Part shown: positions 60,527-64,000 of the stretch, piece by piece
Position numbering within the stretch: the stretch's first letter is position 1
How the letters are laid out: each line of letters opens with the position of its first letter
NCBI GenBank assembly: GCA_029856145.1
Contig: JAHQWK010000022.1
Location: forward strand, 1 to 64,000
Direction: 5' to 3'
DNA: 64,000 nt
Source: Promethearchaeia archaeon
GTDB taxonomy: Archaea; Asgardarchaeota; Lokiarchaeia; Sigyniarchaeales; SOKP01
Notes under the pieces: generated by a model
The model's input: the letters and a program-made list of their open reading frames with translations, nothing else
The model's database searches: none
Told to the model about the DNA's origin: nothing
Translations under genes and position numbers: made by a program

Positions 60527-60628
60527 TGCGCCCTCCGGGATCCTCCCGAGAAATCGAATTGATTCCAAGTATTGAACCCGGGTCGCCAGGTTGGCAACCT
60601 GGCATACTTACCACTATACTAAGAGCGC
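60527..60628 (-). tRNA. tRNA-Gly(GCC) with 30-nt intron in the T loop (position 58/59 or 59/60; intron ~60542-60571)
   Basis: Acceptor GCGCTCT/AGGGCGC, anticodon arm CCAGG-TTGCCAA-CCTGG, T stem CCGGG/CCCGG interrupted after TTCAA by a 30-nt hairpin-forming insert. Confidence 0.92.
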
Positions 60629-60709
60629 AATTTTAATAATAATAAGAATATTTTTAAAAATTAAAATTTAATGATTCCTAAGAAAAATAATTAGTATAGG
60701 AAAAGGAAT

Positions 60710-61594
60710 TTAAACTTCTTTTTTTAAATCAACTGAAACGTCCATGGTGTCAGTAATTCCAAGTTTCTTTGCCTTAATTAAAATATAGTTGTTTCTCTTT
60801 TCTTTAATCATATCCAATATTATTAAAGCAGGAATACTAGGAATAATCATAATAATTGGAAAGGGGATAAACATTATCAGAGCAATGATAAATAGTGGAA
60901 GATTATTACCAGCTGCTATAAAAAAGATAATGATAAAGTTAACGTAAGATATTATAACAGATACTCCGGCATATCCCTTTAAAAACTGTTCATACCATCT
61001 TCCTATAGATCTAATTTCAAGAGGTTTATTTGTTTCATTTAGTATCGATTTATTTGAATATAATATCCCTGAATCCATTAAAAACCAGGTTGGAGAAAAT
61101 ATTAGATTAGTGAATATGAACGTAAAGATTAATAATATAACAAAAGCAACAGTATACTGATCAGGAGTTAAATCTTCTGGAGAAACACTAAAATTTCCAA
61201 GAGTAAAACGAACAGTATCAGGATTTAATAAAAGTAGTGAGATATTTATTGCCATTAATGAAGCAAACAGACCTTGAGAAGTAAATTTAAATTTCTCATA
61301 ATCTGGTTTCAAATATATTCCGTATTGATATCGATTTCTAAATGTTTTTGTATGTAGATATAGAAATAATGGAGTAAACAAATATCCTCCAATCAATGTA
61401 CCAATTATTGATGCTAAAGGTAAGAACATAATAGAAATAAATCCAATTTCCAACCCTGCATCTCTGAAGGGAATAAGAGGTGATAAATTTTGACCATAAC
61501 CTAAAATTCTTGACATTGAAAAAGAAATAACCACCCAGAATAGGCAGTAAACACAAAAAATAATAAGAGATTTTTTATATTTTGAATTTTTCAT
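60710..61594 (-). CDS. Multi-pass membrane protein of unknown function
   Basis: About 6 TM helices; WFLMDSGI and LKGYAGVS motifs. Confidence 0.75.
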   Translation of the reverse strand: MKNSKYKKSLIIFCVYCLFWVVISFSMSRILGYGQNLSPLIPFRDAGLEIGFISIMFLPLASIIGTLIGGYLFTPLFLYLHTKTFRNRYQYGIYLKPDYEKFKFTSQGLFASLMAINISLLLLNPDTVRFTLGNFSVSPEDLTPDQYTVAFVILLIFTFIFTNLIFSPTWFLMDSGILYSNKSILNETNKPLEIRSIGRWYEQFLKGYAGVSVIISYVNFIIIFFIAAGNNLPLFIIALIMFIPFPIIMIIPSIPALIILDMIKEKRNNYILIKAKKLGITDTMDVSVDLKKEV

Positions 61595-61626
61595 AAAAAA
61601 TCCTCCATTTTAATTTTTTATATAAT

Positions 61627-62649
61627 TTATATGATCTCTGAAATAACTTGTTTTATGGTATTATTATTTACAAAGGTTTCAAGTTCTTGAACGCTATTAG
61701 GTAATCCTTCTCTAACACCTATTTCTTTACTTTCTAAGAAACTCATCGCTGTCGCCATTTTTGATGTTTTTTCAAGAGAAAAATTGTTTAAACGAGAGAT
61801 TAAGATTCCAGCTAAGAAAGCATCACCTGCTCCTGTTGTATCTTCAACTTTTCCAGCACTATAAACGCCGCTGTTTATAATTATCTTGCCATCCGATATA
61901 ATTGAACCATTAGGACCATCCGTTATAGAAATCAGTTTTATTCCCATATCTAAGAAATCCTTAATCATAAGAGTTTTTTTACTTTCACCAGTAAACTCTT
62001 GAGCTTCTTCTAAATTCATAGATACAACATCAGAATTAGAAATCAGGACCTTTGCCCAATTTGGGGCATTTTTAATTATTGACATACTCGGAGCTGCAAA
62101 GACTATTCCTCCCTTATTTTTTGTAAGAGTAATTGATTTCTCTATAGCTTTACACGCATCCTCAGTAGTTAAAGATGTCCAAGCAAATGCTTTAATATTA
62201 TTAAATAATTCTTCATTAACGTCTGAAGGTTTTAAGAGATTATTGGCACCTTTATAGGCAAGAATGCTTCGATCTTTTCCCCACGGGGTTTTTAGTATAA
62301 TTGATAATGCCGTAGTATCTTTGTCAGTCTGAATTACTTGAGAGAGATCTACACCACGTTTTTTCAAATCTGTCAGACAAATTTCTGCTGAAAAATCATT
62401 ACCCATCACCCCAATATATGCACTTTTTAATCCTAACATAGAGCAATTTGCCGCGATATTAGCACCTGAACCTCCTGGTACAAATCTAACGTTCTTAACA
62501 TTCAATTTACGAGAATATTCAATAGCAGTATACTTTTTTATGATCTCTTTATCAAATAATTCAAAGCGTAAGATATCATCGATATCAATTATGATATCTA
62601 AAGTATTGCTTCCAATCGTAATTAATTCCGGAAAATTCATAATTATCAC
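61627..62649 (-). CDS. PfkB-family carbohydrate kinase
   Basis: PGGSGANIA, G.MGND, N..EA, DTTGAGDAF. Confidence 0.93.
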   Translation of the reverse strand: MIIMNFPELITIGSNTLDIIIDIDDILRFELFDKEIIKKYTAIEYSRKLNVKNVRFVPGGSGANIAANCSMLGLKSAYIGVMGNDFSAEICLTDLKKRGVDLSQVIQTDKDTTALSIILKTPWGKDRSILAYKGANNLLKPSDVNEELFNNIKAFAWTSLTTEDACKAIEKSITLTKNKGGIVFAAPSMSIIKNAPNWAKVLISNSDVVSMNLEEAQEFTGESKKTLMIKDFLDMGIKLISITDGPNGSIISDGKIIINSGVYSAGKVEDTTGAGDAFLAGILISRLNNFSLEKTSKMATAMSFLESKEIGVREGLPNSVQELETFVNNNTIKQVISEII

Positions 62650-62778
62650 TAAATAAATACATAAATTTGATATATAGAATAAGTTTAAAATAGAAAATAG
62701 TCTTTTAATAATTTTGCTAAGAATGGATTTTTATAGAATTTAAAGTATAGCCTAATAATTATTTCTCTTTACTTGATC

Positions 62779-63330
62779 TTATAGTCTTTCTTTATTATTG
62801 TTAATAATATTTCCCATTTTCTTTATCATGCGATGTGTAAGTTCGAGAAAAGCAATTTCAACATTTTCTCCTGTTTTCGCTGAGGTTTCAATATATAAAC
62901 AACCTTCGTTCTTTGCATATTCTTCTACTTCATTTCTATCTATAATCTGACCAATTTCAGGTATTAAATCGGATTTATTGCCTATAATCACTTTAGGTAT
63001 GTCATCATTTAATATACTACGCATTTCTGAAAGCCAAGTTTTCATGCTTGAAAATGTATGTTGTCTTGAAAGATCAAATCCAAGCAATGCACCAAATGCA
63101 CCTTCATAAAAGCTACGATGGAGAAATTTGAATCTTTCTTGGCCGCCTATATCCCATATGTGGAGTTTTGCAAATTTTGATGGCTCATATTCCAAAGTTT
63201 TCGTTAAGAAATCAACGCCTATCGTCAATTTGTACTTCAAATCAAATTCGTTATGCACAAATCTATTTAGTAGACTCGTTTTACCTACAGCAGCGGGTCC
63301 GACAATAATAACTTTAAAGGATAATTCCAT
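62779..63330 (-). CDS. Rab-like small GTPase
   Basis: G1 GPAAVGKTS, TIGVDF, WDIGGQERF, FYEGA, NKSD, ETSAK. Confidence 0.93.
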   Translation of the reverse strand: MELSFKVIIVGPAAVGKTSLLNRFVHNEFDLKYKLTIGVDFLTKTLEYEPSKFAKLHIWDIGGQERFKFLHRSFYEGAFGALLGFDLSRQHTFSSMKTWLSEMRSILNDDIPKVIIGNKSDLIPEIGQIIDRNEVEEYAKNEGCLYIETSAKTGENVEIAFLELTHRMIKKMGNIINNNKERL

Positions 63331-63513
63331 TTTGCTTTCAATAAGTTTAGAATTAGATTAATAGTGATTGATTATCTTTTTAAATTTAATCAAAAGTGAA
63401 CTTTCATATATAGTAATATCAAAAATTATAAGAAAATTCGATAAAAAAGAAAATAGCCTTTTAATTATTTTGCTAAGATGTACTTCTCAGAGAAGGAAAA
63501 AAAAATAATTCAT

Positions 63514-64000
63514 TTATTCATCTGATTTAAGACGATTTAACTCTTTCTCTAATTCGGCTATTTTTTCATCAGAACCGGCACTAGGTAATGCTACACCCAT
63601 TTCCACTTGGATTTCAGCATCTATTTCACCCAGAACATCCTTAATATCCGTATCAGTAACTGCTGTGTCAACCATTATATCGCTTATTCCATCGGTTGTG
63701 ATTTCCTCTGTAACCGCAAAATCTTCCATATCTACTCCAATCGAGGTCATTAATTCCGTAAGTTGTGGTATAGATAACTGATTCTTTAATGCACCTAGAC
63801 TTACTGCAATCCCCTTCATTACTTCAGCAACATCTTTTACCGCTGTGGCTTGTTCTAATTTAAATACCATTCCTTCAAGGTTAGTTCTGAATAAATCTAT
63901 CGCCCTGGCCTGTTTTTTTACTTGGAGATAGTTTCTCGCGTGAAATTCTGAACCTTGCATATCACCTTGCTTTCGAAGATTTACAGCTTTATCTCTAGCT
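63514..64000 (-). CDS. ESCRT-III (Snf7 family; Vps2/24/46-like) protein, N-terminus beyond window
   Basis: Frame is open to the window edge (...ARDKAVNLRKQGDMQGSEFHARNYLQVKKQA...). Helical core resembles CHMP1/Did2, followed by an acidic region and C-terminal ELEKELNRLK. Confidence 0.8.
   Translation of the reverse strand, partial: ARDKAVNLRKQGDMQGSEFHARNYLQVKKQARAIDLFRTNLEGMVFKLEQATAVKDVAEVMKGIAVSLGALKNQLSIPQLTELMTSIGVDMEDFAVTEEITTDGISDIMVDTAVTDTDIKDVLGEIDAEIQVEMGVALPSAGSDEKIAELEKELNRLKSDE

Noticed and set aside
1-64000. CRISPR arrays, transposases/integrases, rRNA and selenocysteine (in-frame TGA) genes
   Set aside because: No regularly spaced direct repeats, recombinase motifs, rRNA-like GC-rich tracts or split redox ORFs were seen by eye. 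A covariance-model search could still reveal small ncRNAs.

Overview
Very AT-rich, gene-dense archaeal chromosomal segment. Gene content points to an Asgard archaeon, most likely Lokiarchaeia: archaeal uS15/eS1, intron-containing archaeal tRNAs, a Rab-like GTPase, an ESCRT-III subunit, longin/roadblock-like proteins and a ubiquitin-like protein. Most of the window is housekeeping or metabolic. It includes acyl-CoA dehydrogenases, enoyl-CoA hydratase, ADP-forming acyl-CoA synthetase, SCP2, tandem GDPDs, CCG-domain Fe-S proteins, pgk, glmU, larB/larC/nikR, Sir2, RNase III and rubrerythrin. The outstanding block is a tightly packed ~16 kb five-gene operon (21972-38018). It holds one MacB/LolD-type ABC ATPase with unusual N- and C-terminal extensions and two ~1000-aa FtsX/MacB-type permeases. 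These flank two very large membrane-anchored surface proteins, one of them a 1608-aa subtilase with an intact catalytic triad and a cytoplasmic multi-CxxC zinc-finger tail. All three tRNA genes found (Thr-CGT, Val-GAC, Gly-GCC) carry 29-30 nt introns at three different non-canonical positions. No CRISPR array, rRNA or recognisable mobile element was seen. All protein calls come from motif recognition by eye; no database search was run.
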